A DNA stretch of 64,000 bases. Source: Oculina patagonica. Its lineage: Eukaryota. A program made the position numbers and the translations under genes. This document shows, one piece after another, positions 50,378 through 62,584 of the stretch (positions are counted from its first letter, which is position 1; the number at the start of each line of letters is the position of its first letter). The stretch spans positions 31,310,001 through 31,374,000 of the forward strand of contig NC_135765.1 in assembly GCF_052425735.1 (NCBI RefSeq). The letters run 5' to 3'. A model generated the notes under the pieces. It saw only the letters and a list, made by a program, of their open reading frames with translations, did not search any database and was not told the origin of the DNA.

Positions 50378-52216
50378 TTTCAGTATTCCCTTTGCTTGAA
50401 ATTTTCACGGGTGATAATGTACTTCTAGAGAGACAGCTTAAAGGTATTGTAGTGAAGAATAAAGTCTTATAATAGCCAGAATCTGTCAAGTAAAGAGTTC
50501 CATTTTCTCTACCATCGAGCGACTAAGTGTTTGACTTGAGCAACAGAAAATAAACGGGGAGTACAACTGTCGACAGGTGCTACAATGCTGTTTGAGGCCT
50601 TACATCGGCACAACTTTGTTTTAATTATCATCTTTATTATTACCATAATTAATACTGTTTGTGGATTTATACAAAAAACGACAAAAGAGATTGACTGATA
50701 ATTTACAAATATAGTGTGACTGATCAAACGTATTTTATATTAAAAAAATAATAAAAGATTATATTTGGAAATTAAAACTCCTCAAAGTAATGTAAAACGT
50801 CTAGTTCTTCCGGATTAGAAAAAATCTTTGAACAGAAGTAAATTGTGTCGTTGCTAACATCTTTGGGGAAAGCCTAGGTGGCTTATCAGGCCATTGCTTT
50901 AACTCTGGTTTCCATGGCGACTAGGATTATCGTTACTTCCAAATGGCAACCCCCAGCACTTTTGTTACGCATCCCTGGAAAATTCCCCGGTACCTATTTT
51001 TAAGATTTTAACTGGAAACGTCAAAAGTCACATTCTGTAAGCTCAATGATTCGTTGCAGAAATTCGAAGACATGTTGATAAAATCATTCTTGTTTGTACC
51101 CTTGCTCAAGAATTTTTTGTCACATTTGACGATGTATTTACTAGTTAGCGGATATTACATGTACAGTAAAAGCTGGTCGTCTCCAAGTTGTTACCAACGC
51201 TGCAATGAACTTCTGCTCAAAGACCGCGAAAATTCTAAAGAACTGCCTGAACGATTCTAATACAAAAATGGAAAATAATTTAATTCAGTGGAAAGCAATT
51301 CTTTTCCAAGCAATTGAAATTGAGAAGTCATCGCTCAAGAAACTAAATGGTTTGTTTTGTCTGAAAGCGTTTTTAATTTCAGATGGAATCTTTTGTACTT
51401 TTAATGTCAAATAATGAAGTCATGAATTTTTAATCGCAAATTGCTTGTTAATATTTATATTACCCGTAACATCATATTACATCATATAATATACATCAGA
51501 TAAGGAAATTGAACTTGGTGCTCCTTTGGTGAAAGCTAAACATTACCACAAGGCCCTATTCTCCCAGAGGAGATTTAAGGATTCAGATGAAACATTACCA
51601 CAGAACCTGAAAAAAGTAATAAGAAAAGGTACAAAAGATTGCATCTGAAATTGAAAACCCCTTCAGACGAAAAAAAAAAACAAATTATCATTGAGTTTCT
51701 TGGGCGATGACTTCTTAATTTTAATTGCTTAGAAAATATTTTAGTTCCACTGAATGAAATTATTTTCCATTTGTGCATGAAAAGCGTTCAGACAGTTCTT
51801 CAGTTTTTCAGATAAAATATTCTATTATTTTTTTAATATAAAAAACGACTGATCAGTCACATTGTAATTGTAAATTATCAGTTAATTTCTTTGGTTGTTT
51901 TTTTATATAAACCCACAAACAATATTCAGTTTATGGTTATAATAAATATGATAATAAAAACACTTCATCCTGTGCGATATAAAGCCTCAAACAGCATTGT
52001 AGCACCTGTCGACAGTTGTACTTCCTTTGATTTCTCTTGCTCAAGTAAAAAACTTACCCGCTTGATGGCAGAACAAATGGAACTATATGCAGAGTTTCGT
52101 GTTACTTAACACATTTACGCTATTGTAAGACTTTATTCTTCATTGAAAGACCTTAAAGTTGTCTTTCTTGAAGTACATTATCACTTGTGAAAATTTCATG
52201 CAAAGGAAGACTGAGG

Positions 52217-53305
52217 ATGACGCCTTCTGTCAACACTTCAAACAATTTTAGCAACGACTCATCTGGCCTAAAGATGTACCTTGCGACCTTGACTTACATA
52301 ACTCATTCCTAGCTACAATCACTAAAATGATCCTTTACTCCATTATTTTGTTGTCTGGCTTGTTTGGAAACGCTCTTATAATCACTATTGTACATAAACG
52401 TGAAGAGTTAAGAAAAACGATAAATTATTTTATCGTCAACATGGCGGTGTCCGACTTTATATTTCCATTAACAACTATTCGATTAGAGTTGACACAGATA
52501 GCGAGCGGTTCTCAAGAATGGCCTATTGGTGGAACTAAAGGACTAATTTTCTGCAAGCTGAAGTGGTTTCTGCATTTTGTTTCGATTACTGTTTCAGTAC
52601 AAAGCCTTGTTTGGATCGCTTTAGATCGGTTTGTAGCGGTGGTGTTACCGATGAAAGTTCATCTTATCTCGTCAAGATTTCGCGTCTTTGCTATTGCTTC
52701 CACTTGGGTCGTGGCTATTTCAGCAAATTATTTTCTATTGTATGCGTTTCGTTTGGTGAACAAAGATGGGGATATTTTCTGTCACCCTGAGCTAAATAAT
52801 CTCTTTATAACTTATTTAAGGGTGCATAGTGCCCTTTTTCAGATTTTACCACTTCTTGCCATGACGATTTTATATTGCGTCATAGCGGTGACACTTCGAA
52901 GACAAGACAAAGCTCTTCAATGCAGAGCAGTGCATCACAAAGATCAAAGAAAACGGCGAGCGATTAAGATGAGCGTCTGTATTATGACTGCATTTTACAT
53001 CTGTGCTCTACCAATACTGCTCGTATTCCTCTTCACGGAATATGATGTTACATTATCTTGTTCGTTTTGGAAAGCTCTGTGGTTTCTTGCGAATCTTACA
53101 CTGTTCATATCTTCAGTAGTCAACCCAATAATTTGTATGACGTTTACTCAAAAACTATCGTCTTGGTTTGAAAGAAATTTTCCGTTCATGTTGGAGCAAA
53201 AGATCAACAACGAGTAACATGGTAACGAGCGAACAGGAGGGAATAACTCTCCAAGATATTAGAGTTATTCCATGGATTGGAGAGAATCGTGCATATATAG
53301 AATGA
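52217..53305 (+). pseudogene. Class A GPCR copy C with two frameshifts (-1 at about 52269, +1 at about 53150); TM1-TM7 ORF 52327..53217 still open
   Basis: ATG 52217 matches the MTPSVNTSNNFSND start of copy B; the C-tail RLGLKEIFRSCWS...ENRAYIE* lies in another frame ending at 53305. Confidence 0.75.
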
Positions 53306-55245
53306 TTGTTGTCAAGAGAATAAAACCTCTTCATATTTCCATTTTCCACATTACATTGACAGAATACAATTTGGATCCAAACATTATTATGAACTTATTA
53401 GAACAAAATACAATAAAAATCATAAAATATTAAAACACTTAGCAAAAAGAAAGGAAAACAATTAATGTGCACACTATTTTATTTTAGTAATAATGAACGT
53501 TTTGTAGATTATGTAATATTGACGACTTGAGGGGAAAACAAAAGTAAAATTAATTAAACTCAGATCAGTGCTTTATTTATTCATACTGTCATAAATTTTG
53601 CAAATATAATTCATTTCGTATTTCCGTGATCTGTTTGTAATAAAGAAAATGCAAAACAAAAGACTTTTGGTTTTCAAATTGTAACAAAACATAAAATAAA
53701 AGTTGATATTAGAATACCATTTTTGAACGTGGCCAAGATATAAGCATGTTTTAAGATGCATTGTCACATTATGTTAATATATTTTATTATTATATGATGT
53801 TAATTTCACGATCATTTTCCCCCCTGGGTCTTATAAGTCTTGTAGTACATATAGTGCGTGCTGCCAAACTTGGCTTTAAATTGAATTTTAAATATTAGAA
53901 CAGACGAAACGCCATTGTACTTAGAGCCCCACAAGTTCGATTGTCGCGTAGGTACGTTATGTACAGTTCTTGGTATGAGCGACTAAAATAAAGGAAATAC
54001 AATTGATCATACCGGCAGGTGATACAATGAAAGTTTTTTTAATACCTTTTTTCGGGATCCGTGGTAATAATGTTTAGCTTAAAACAAAGGAGCACCAAGT
54101 TCAGTTTCCTTATCCTGGCGGGTAATATAAATATTAACAAGCAATTTGTCATTAAAAATTCATGAGTTTATTATTTGACATCAAAAGTACAGAAGACTCC
54201 ATCTGAAATTAAAACGGCCTTTACACGAAATCAAAACATTAAGTTTCTTGAGCGATGACTTCTCAATTTCAATTGCTTAAAAAATATTTGAGTTCCACTG
54301 AATGAAATTGCTTTCCATTTTTGCATGAGAAACGCTTAAACAGTTCTTCAGGATTTTGGACATCTTTGAGCAGAAGTACATTGCAGGACTTGCAGCGTTG
54401 GTAACAACTTGGAGAACACCTGCTTTCACATGTTATATCCACTAACTAGTAAATACATCGTCAAATATAACAAAAAAATTTTCAAGCAAGGGTACAAACA
54501 ATAATGATTCTGCCAACATGTCTACAAATTTTTGCAACGAATCATTGAGTCTGCAGAATGTGACTTGTGACGTTTCCTAAAATAAGTCCTTTCCAGTTAA
54601 ATCTTAAAATTGGGTACCGGAAATTTTTCAGGGATGGTTCATAAAAGTGCTGGGGGTTCCCATTCAAGGAAGTCATAATACCCCTAGTCACCATTGCAAC
54701 AGGAGTTAGGCATTGGCCTAAAAAGCCACCAAGGCTTGCCCCAAAGATGTTGGCAAGGACACAATTTACTTTTGTTTGAAGATTTTTATTTATTTGGAAG
54801 AACTAGACGTTTTACATTATTTTGAGGAGTTTTAATTTTCAGATATAATCTTTTAGTAGTTTTTAATATATAATACGTCTGATCAGTAACTGTTAACTGT
54901 TAATTTACATTTCATCCCTTTGTCTCTTTAATAAATAAATCCACAAACAATGTTTTGTATGGTTATAATAAATATGATGATAAAAACAATTCATCCTGTG
55001 CCAATGTAAGGCCTCAAACAGCATTGTAGCACCTGTCGACAGTTGTACTTCCTTTATTTTCTGTTGCTCAAGTCAAAAACTTAGCCGCTTGATAGCAGAG
55101 CAAATGGAACGCTTAGCACAGTTTTGGTGTTACTTGACGGAAACTGGCTACTGAAAGAGTTTATTCTTCACTAAAATACCTTTAAACTGTTTCTCTTAAA
55201 GTACATTATCACTTGTGAAAATTTCAAGCAAGGCGAAAACTGAGA

Positions 55246-56340
55246 ATGGTGCCTCCTGACAACACTTCAAACAATTTTATCAACAACTCATTTGGCCTTA
55301 AAGATGTGCCTTGCGACCTTGACTTACATAACTCATTTCCAGCTACAATCACAAAAATGATTCTCTACTCCATTATTTTGTTGACTAGCTTGATTGGAAA
55401 CGCTCTTATAATCACTATTGTGCATAAACGTGAAGAGCTGAAAAAAACGATAAATTATTTTATCGTCGACATGGCGGTGTCCGACTTTATATTTTCATTA
55501 ACAACTATTCCGATAGAGTTGACACAGACAGCGGGCGAATCTCAAGAATGGCCTATTGGTGGAACTACTGGACTAGTATTTTGCAAGCTGAAATGGTTCC
55601 TGCATGGTGTTTCAATTACTGTTTCTATACAAAGCCTCGTTTGGATCGCTTTAGATCGGTTTGTTGCAGTGTTGTGACCAATGAAAGTTCATCTTATCTC
55701 GTCAAGATTTCGCGCCTTCGCTATCGCTTCCACTTGGGTCGTGGCAACCATAGTATGTTCTATAAATCTGTATACGTTCGGTTTGGTGGGAAAAAATGGA
55801 GAAACATTCTGCGCGGTTTTGTACAATCCTTTCTTTTCATATATTACTTTTTTAAGGGTGTATACTGCCCTTTTTCAGATTTTACCGTTGGTTGCCATGA
55901 CGATTTTATATTGTGTCATAGCAGCGACTTTACGAAGACAAGACAAAGCTCTTCAATGGAGAGCAGTGCATCAGAAAGATCAAAGAAAACGGCGAGCGAT
56001 TAAGATGAGCGTCTGTATTATGACTGCATTTTACATCTGTGCTTTTCCAATGCTGCTGAAATTCCTCTTCTTGGAATATGATGTTACATTATCTTGTTCG
56101 TTTTCTAAAGCTCTGGAGTTTCTTGCAAATCTTACACTGTTCTTATCTTCCGTAGTCAACCCAATAATTTGTGTGGCATTTACTAGGAACTATCGTCTTG
56201 GTTTGAAAGAAATTTTCCATTCATGTTGGAGCAAAAGATCAACAACTAGTAACATGGTAACGAGCGAACCGGAAGGAATAACTCTCCAAGATATCAGAGT
56301 TATTCCATGGATGGGAGAGAATCGCGCATATATCGAATGA
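55246..56340 (+). pseudogene. Class A GPCR copy D with a single in-frame TGA (55675-55677) after the DRF motif
   Basis: ORFs 55246..55677 and 55681..56340 are in the same frame; paralogues have TTA (Leu) at this codon. Confidence 0.82.
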
Positions 56341-56687
56341 TTTAAAACTTAATCTTAAGGGAAACTGCACTTCAAAATCCAATCTTTCAAAGAAAATTGA
56401 CAAATATACGATTCGGATTCCCAAAGAACTAATAAGAACCCAATACAACAAAAATAATAGCCTGGGAATATTAAAATACATCGAAAAAAGGGAAGGAAAA
56501 ACATTAGCCAACCATCTTCTCGTAGGTAGATCTAATCCGGAGGTCGTGGGTTCAATTCTCACCGTGGTCAAAATTTTCTGATTCCGTGGGAACCCTCCCA
56601 AAACTCCTTTTAAAGAGTGTAAACACAGGGGGCTTTGGCGTATCGGTAGTATTGCCTACTACTGGCACACCATAATCGACCATAATA

Positions 56688-57400
56688 CTTAACAATTATT
56701 CGCCGAAGGCGAAGTGATTTTTCAACAATAACCACTGAGCCTGAGGCGAATAATTGTTTTAGTATAATTTTCAGAGGTGAATATCAAAAACTGCAAAATA
56801 ACAATAGGAAACACGAAACAATGCTCGCTTGCATACGTGTAAACTAGTTTAATTCATCGATTGAAATCGTAATTTACACTCAAGTTTTAGCAATAAAACG
56901 GAACAAAAAACTGAACACTACGAAAAAGATAGATATCTGGTACCTTTGTTTAATCGTTGGTGACTTCTGAGCAATTGTGTGAATCCTCTCAAAATTACTA
57001 GCTCCAGTCATTGAGAAGAGAACTAAATAATGTTTTCACAGTCGATCTGAATGAGTGCATGGCCGTGTGCGATCTCCAAAACCCCCATGTTTACGATCAA
57101 TTCTAATGCCTTGAAAACCATCTCTTGAAAATATTTTCGGTCCAAAAGCCTTGGTAGTTAATTTGCAAAATTCCCAATGTTTTAAATATCCAGGACTTGG
57201 AGTGGTTTCTTTTAAATGAGAGAGATTTTCATTCAGCAAATGCTGCCATGTTCACTGGCCTGGATGGCAAATGTGGCATGGCTTGGTGGCCACGCCTTGA
57301 AATGCTATATTCACCGCCTAGCGCGGTGAATATTGCGCCATAGTCCGAGCTTCTCGACCAACCAGAATTGAATTCACCTCTGGAAATTATACAAATTATA
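56688..57400. repeat. Hairpin-headed interspersed repeat (AACAATTATTCGCC...GGCGAATAATTGTT) preceded by a tRNA-derived SINE fragment (about 56525-56600)
   Basis: Inverted repeat at 56691-56759; second palindrome ATATTCACCGC..GCGGTGAATAT at about 57307-57333; B-box-like GGTTCAATTC at about 56549. Confidence 0.5.
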
Positions 57401-57669
57401 ATTACAATGTTCACTTGAGTCAGTTATACTTACAAATAACACATTCACTTCTTACATTTACTTGTGGTACTTACATTACTTTTTTCAGAACCACGTTCTA
57501 CATAACCACACAAGTTTACAATACACACTTACACCAGTCTTTTTTCCATGTATCGAATGCAGTTCTAATTGTAGGCATATAGTGCGAGAAAACGGGAAGG
57601 TAGAAAAATTACACACTTACTAAGAGAAGAGTTAACAAAATGAGTACTTATGTAAATTAATATTAAATA

Positions 57670-58138
57670 GATTTAGCCAAGCCTAAAAGCGGAGCTCCCC
57701 CGGTTAATTACTTCGCCCTTTTCGTAAATCTGAGTTTACTGACAGAAAAAAAATATAGCACTTGAGCCGGCGATCCAATATAAAAACCATTACTTGGTCA
57801 GCGGTAAAGTAAAGAAAAACTTTCGACCTCGATGAGTTCTATATGTAAGCCCGCGATATGGTCATGTGATACTGGTCAGCGGATACCCTGTTTTGACAGC
57901 TGTCAATTGACCATGACATGGATGTCCAAATATCAAAGATGTAAGCTGACGTTAACCATAACCTTAAACCATTTCTGGAGTATGGCCGCCACGTTGGAGC
58001 GACGTCGGAGGGCGCATGCGTCCGCAAACCATGCCGCTAGCCATGATGACCATGAAAAACCAAAAGCGTGGTTATGTTAATTTTCTATGGGTATGGGGCT
58101 CTGCTCTGCGGTCCTTCGGGCCGCTGGGAGCTCCGCTA
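57670..58138 (-). mobile_element. Helentron/HINE-like non-autonomous element (second copy about 8292-8577, partial about 62890-63033)
   Basis: Subterminal inverted repeats AGCGGAGCTCCC/GGGAGCTCCGCT, terminal small hairpin TTTAGCCAAGCCTAAA, internal GCGG.CCTTCGGGCCGC hairpin, no TSD. Confidence 0.55.
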
Positions 58139-58606
58139 TTAGGCTTAACAACTACAGTTCTAAGCATCTAAAACCTCACGGATGTTCAAACGCTGGATGA
58201 TTCCCGTAGACAATTGAAACATTGACTGCATGATTTTTGTGGTCTGGCAAACAGACAATGTTTTGAAAATTTTTTCCTCGTTTCCTTGATAAGAAATAGG
58301 AAATATTTTCCATACTTATGTAAATTGATTTTTCTTTTTAATATTTTAGTTGTTGTAAATAGGCAAGAAGTCAATTTCAGTTATTTTATCCATCCGCACG
58401 TCCGTTCGTCCGTCTGTCTGTCTATGTGTCGGTTTGTCTGACTGTCCCTCTGTCTGTCTGTCTGTCTGTCTGTCTAGTTTTCTGTCAAAAAGTGTATATA
58501 AAGTGTATATATTCATCATGCCATCGACTATGTCAAAGATGGCTTAATTACTAACAAAAAGCTGTCTTTTAAGGTTCATTCAAAATAACTATTATTTACA
58601 TAAAAT

Positions 58607-60254
58607 GAAGGCGTGAGCGCAAGAAACGCACTTTGAGTTTTGGCCAAATTGAAAATTGTCACAAACAACTCCAAATTTCGCACGCAAGTTCGTTTACGTG
58701 TGCTTAACACTGATCTGTATTCAAATTCGCTGGGTCTAGCTTCGTTTTTTAGAAATTATGTATGCAAAAAAAGGCATTTTGCAAGCTTACGTAATCCCAG
58801 TCAGCTAGCAGTCTGAGTTTTCCAACGCATCGCGTGTACATCTTTCCCTGTAGGGTTTTCTAAGCGTCTACGGAAGGCGAGAATCCATTTTACAAACATG
58901 TCTTCGATTCGCTGCGCATGTTTTTCTTGTTGAGTTGAGTAGAGTAGGACTGGATACTGCATTGTGACGTAAGGTCACATGTTAGAGGCGGAAGAGTTTG
59001 AATTAAGCGAAATGGCGCCTGTGAAAGTAAAACGGAAAAGTTTATAGTTTTAGCTCGATTGCGGCTGCCAGGTGGTTGAAGGACATCATTAAGTCTGAAT
59101 ACCCGTAAGTTTGCAGCATCGCTCGAAGAACTGAGTGATGTTTCTGCCTTTGTTTTGTACAACAGCGCTGTTTAGCGCTTCGGAAAAAACGTTGCACAAA
59201 CCGAGGTAGTTTTGAGCCTGGCCGCATAGAGAGCCTAAAACAAGAGGTTTCTTGCCGGGAACTTCGTCAACGCGAGTTTTGCAGGATCTGCTTGGGTGCT
59301 GCCGCGACAAAGTTGCCGAGAAGTGACCTGGTTTTAGACTTTAAAAAATTCTTCATATGTTCCCCAGGGCACCTTCCCTTCGCCAAATTTTTTCTGTGTC
59401 TCATTAAATATTCATCAATCAATCTATCGATTCGTGCGAACGAAAACCTCATAAGTTTATCTTGTTTTCGCGGGATTTTGTAGATGTGTGATGATGTAAG
59501 GAGTGGAGATAGAAGTGAGAGCAAGCCGGCGGCACTTAACTGAAAGCAAAACTAGTATAATGTGACAACACGAGCAAACGTATTCAATCAACAAACAGTC
59601 TTTATTTCACTTTCACCTCGGCAAATTACAACAGCTAACGGTAACAGAGTAAAATAGTCTTGCCCGAAACAACAGAAACTAGCTAACCGCAAGCAGACTG
59701 CAGAAAAAGCTAGCTGCAAGCAAACTGGCGTGAAAGCTTACTGCATTAAAAGCGCGATCTAAAGGTTGAGGCTGACTCTGATCCTAAACTTAACTTGAAA
59801 CGGCTTAACCCTAATCCCTTGGGGTTAGTGTTAAGTTTTTTTTTGTTTTTTTTTTGTTTTGTTTTGTTTTGTTGCGTTAGGGCTAGGCTTTTGCGTTAGG
59901 GCTAAGTCTGTAACCCTAATCTGAAACTCTAACCCCGACCCTACGGCCTTGGGGTTACCTTTGGCGTTAGGGCTAGGACTGTAACCCTAAAAATTTAGCT
60001 GACTTCATCGTCTTGAGAAACAAAACGTTTCCTTTGTTTGTCGTTTGTAAAAGAAAAGTCAAAAGACACCGCGCCAGCAAAAACCTTGTCTTTTTGCATG
60101 TGTTATTTTTCGAAAACGAAGGAAAGACCAGCAAAATTAAATACAGGGCAGTGTTGAGCACACGTGAACGAACTTGCGTGCGAAATTTGGAGTTGTTTGT
60201 GACAATTTTCAATTTGGCCAAAACTCAAAGTGCGTTTCTTGCGCTCACGCCTTC
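58607..60254. mobile_element. 1.65-kb non-autonomous DNA transposon with about 170-bp TIRs and AAAT TSD (Sola1-like)
   Basis: GAAGGCGTGAGCGCAAGAAACGCACTTTGAG... is mirrored at about 60090-60254; AAAT at 58603-58606 and 60255-60258. Confidence 0.8.
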
Positions 60255-61492
60255 AAATATTCTTTTAAAGAGTCATGCTGACAATAAAAGTGTTGGCAAA
60301 AACAGCATTACTTACCTACTTGAAGTTTGATGTGAATAAATGAAAAAAGCAGCTGTTAATCTAAATATCAGTTGTCAGCATTTTTCCCAAAAATATTTTT
60401 CTCTTTTAAGCCATCAATCCCGTCATAGCATGATTTTGCTTTCGAACTCATCGAATTTAATATTTTCAAAAAAAACTTAGGCGAGACTGTAGAAAAGAAG
60501 TTACTCTGAAAAGCTATCTAATTGTTGTTGAAACAATCAATTCATAACAAATTGAAAACTATATTCTAGAAAGGTAGCGGAAATATTTTAAATCTATTGA
60601 TGCCTCAACATAAAACTGTACTCTTTGTACTTAGAAGAGACGTTTTTGAGATAAATACAATTCCAAATCCATCAGTTGCATGTATGAAACATGCGGGCTT
60701 TTTAAGAATGAAGTAAACAATGTCATTTTTAAATGACATTTGACACCGCTTTAAAATATATTGCTCTCACCGTCCATTGTGTTAAGTAAACGCTGTTAAT
60801 ACACAGTTTGAAACATTGAAAATATGGCCCTACTTCTTTAAATGGAAATATAAAAGCGTTTAATTGCCACTTGAATTCTATCGGAAATTAGTAGAAACTC
60901 AGAAGTGTTTTATTGGAAATCCGCGAATCTGATTGGTTCTCCCATTCTTTTCTTTTCGCGGATAGAAAACAATCGTGTGCGTGTTGCTTTTTAAAGGGTC
61001 AATTTTCTTGATTTTTAGCTTAAAGGTACATTAAATTGTAGTTTTTGGGCTGCAAATCTATCACCCTCGTTATCTATGAGCGATAGTCAACGAGGCCGTG
61101 CCACGTTGACTATACGCTCATAGAAAACTCAGGTTCATAGTTTCATTGTTAATTTAAAATGTCTTGAAAGGAATAGCTAAACAAATTTTATATTGTAATT
61201 TATTTCACCAAGGGATGGCTTTTTAACTCGCATTCTTAATTGCTTTGAGACAAAGCACTCAAGCTCTATCGAATGAGAGCATTTTCCAACTGTGCAAGCC
61301 TGATACATTAAGACATAGGTTCAGACGGTTTTTCGGAATTGTAGGAGTATTTGAACACGATTTCACTTTCATTAACAAGACGTCATACACGTTTTCAGAC
61401 GGTTTTTTCGGAATCTTGGGAGTATTCAAACAAAATTTCTCCGTGGACAAGTATTATCAACAAATTTTCAAGTAACGGAACGAACAAGAAGG

Positions 61493-62584
61493 ATGTCTTC
61501 TATCAACATGGCTGCAAATTTTAGCAACGAATCATCGATTACCAACTTTCAGAATGGGACTTGTATTGTTCACTTCTTTCACTCTTTCACTTTTAAAATT
61601 GTTAAAATTATTCTGTACTCCATTATTTTGTCTTCCAGCTTGATTGGAAACGCTCTTCTGATCAAAATCGTGCATAAACGTAAAGAGCTGAGAAATACGA
61701 TAAATTATTTTATCGTCAATATGGCGGTGTCCGACTTTGTTTACCCGTTAACTGACATCCCAGTAGAACTAATACAAACAGCCACCAGTTCTCAAGAATG
61801 GCTTATTGGAGGAACCATTGGACTAATATTTTGCAAGCTGAAATGGTTTCTGCAGAATGCTTCGAGTAATGTGTCAATTCAAAGCCTTCTTTGGATCGCT
61901 TTAGATCGGTTTGTAGCGGTGGTGTTACCGATGAAAGTTCATCTTATATCGTCAAGATTTCGCGTCTTTGCAATCACTTCTACCTGGGTGATAGCCACCA
62001 TAGGAAGTACTATATATCTGTATGCATCCCATTTGGTGGACAGAAATGGGAAAACTTTCTGCGTGCCTTTATACAACACTTTCTTTTCATATATGACTTA
62101 TTTAAGGGTGCATACTGCCCTTTTTCAAATTTTACCATTGGTTGTCATAACGATTTTATATTGCGTCATAGCAGTGACTCTACGAAGACGAGACAAAATT
62201 CTTCAATGCAGAGCAGTGCATCAGAAAGATCAAAAGAAAAGGCGAGCGATTAAAATGACCTTCTGTATAATGGCCTCATTTTACATCTGTTTTCTTCCAA
62301 TACTATTTAGACTTCTCGTTTTGGAATATAACATTGAATTGCCTTGTCTGTTTCCTGCAGTGTTATGGCATGTGGGTTTTTGTGGTGTTTACTTGTCGGC
62401 TGCAATCAATCCCATCATCTGCATCTCATTTGTTCAAAGCTATCGTCTCGGATTGAAGGAAATGCTAAATTGGTGTTGGAGAAAACGCCTAACAATCCAC
62501 AACATGGAAACGACTGAAGATGAGGAAATAACACTTCAGAGTATCAGGGCTATTAACGTTGAAGAGAATCGCACACAGTGTTGA
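61493..62584 (+). CDS. Intact intronless class A (rhodopsin-family, neuropeptide-receptor-like) GPCR copy E, 363 aa
   Basis: Seven hydrophobic segments; GN (TM1), NMAVSD (TM2), CK...LDRF (TM3), W (TM4), P (TM5), CFLP (TM6), NPIIC (TM7); glycosylated N-terminus. Confidence 0.92.
   Translation: MSSINMAANFSNESSITNFQNGTCIVHFFHSFTFKIVKIILYSIILSSSLIGNALLIKIVHKRKELRNTINYFIVNMAVSDFVYPLTDIPVELIQTATSSQEWLIGGTIGLIFCKLKWFLQNASSNVSIQSLLWIALDRFVAVVLPMKVHLISSRFRVFAITSTWVIATIGSTIYLYASHLVDRNGKTFCVPLYNTFFSYMTYLRVHTALFQILPLVVITILYCVIAVTLRRRDKILQCRAVHQKDQKKRRAIKMTFCIMASFYICFLPILFRLLVLEYNIELPCLFPAVLWHVGFCGVYLSAAINPIICISFVQSYRLGLKEMLNWCWRKRLTIHNMETTEDEEITLQSIRAINVEENRTQC

Noticed and set aside
55675-55677. Selenocysteine codon in GPCR D
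   Set aside because: Aligns to Leu rather than Cys in paralogues, and no SECIS is recognisable.
59800-59995. Interstitial telomere
   Set aside because: Only isolated, degenerate TTAGGG/CCCTAA motifs inside a TIR element, with no tandem array.
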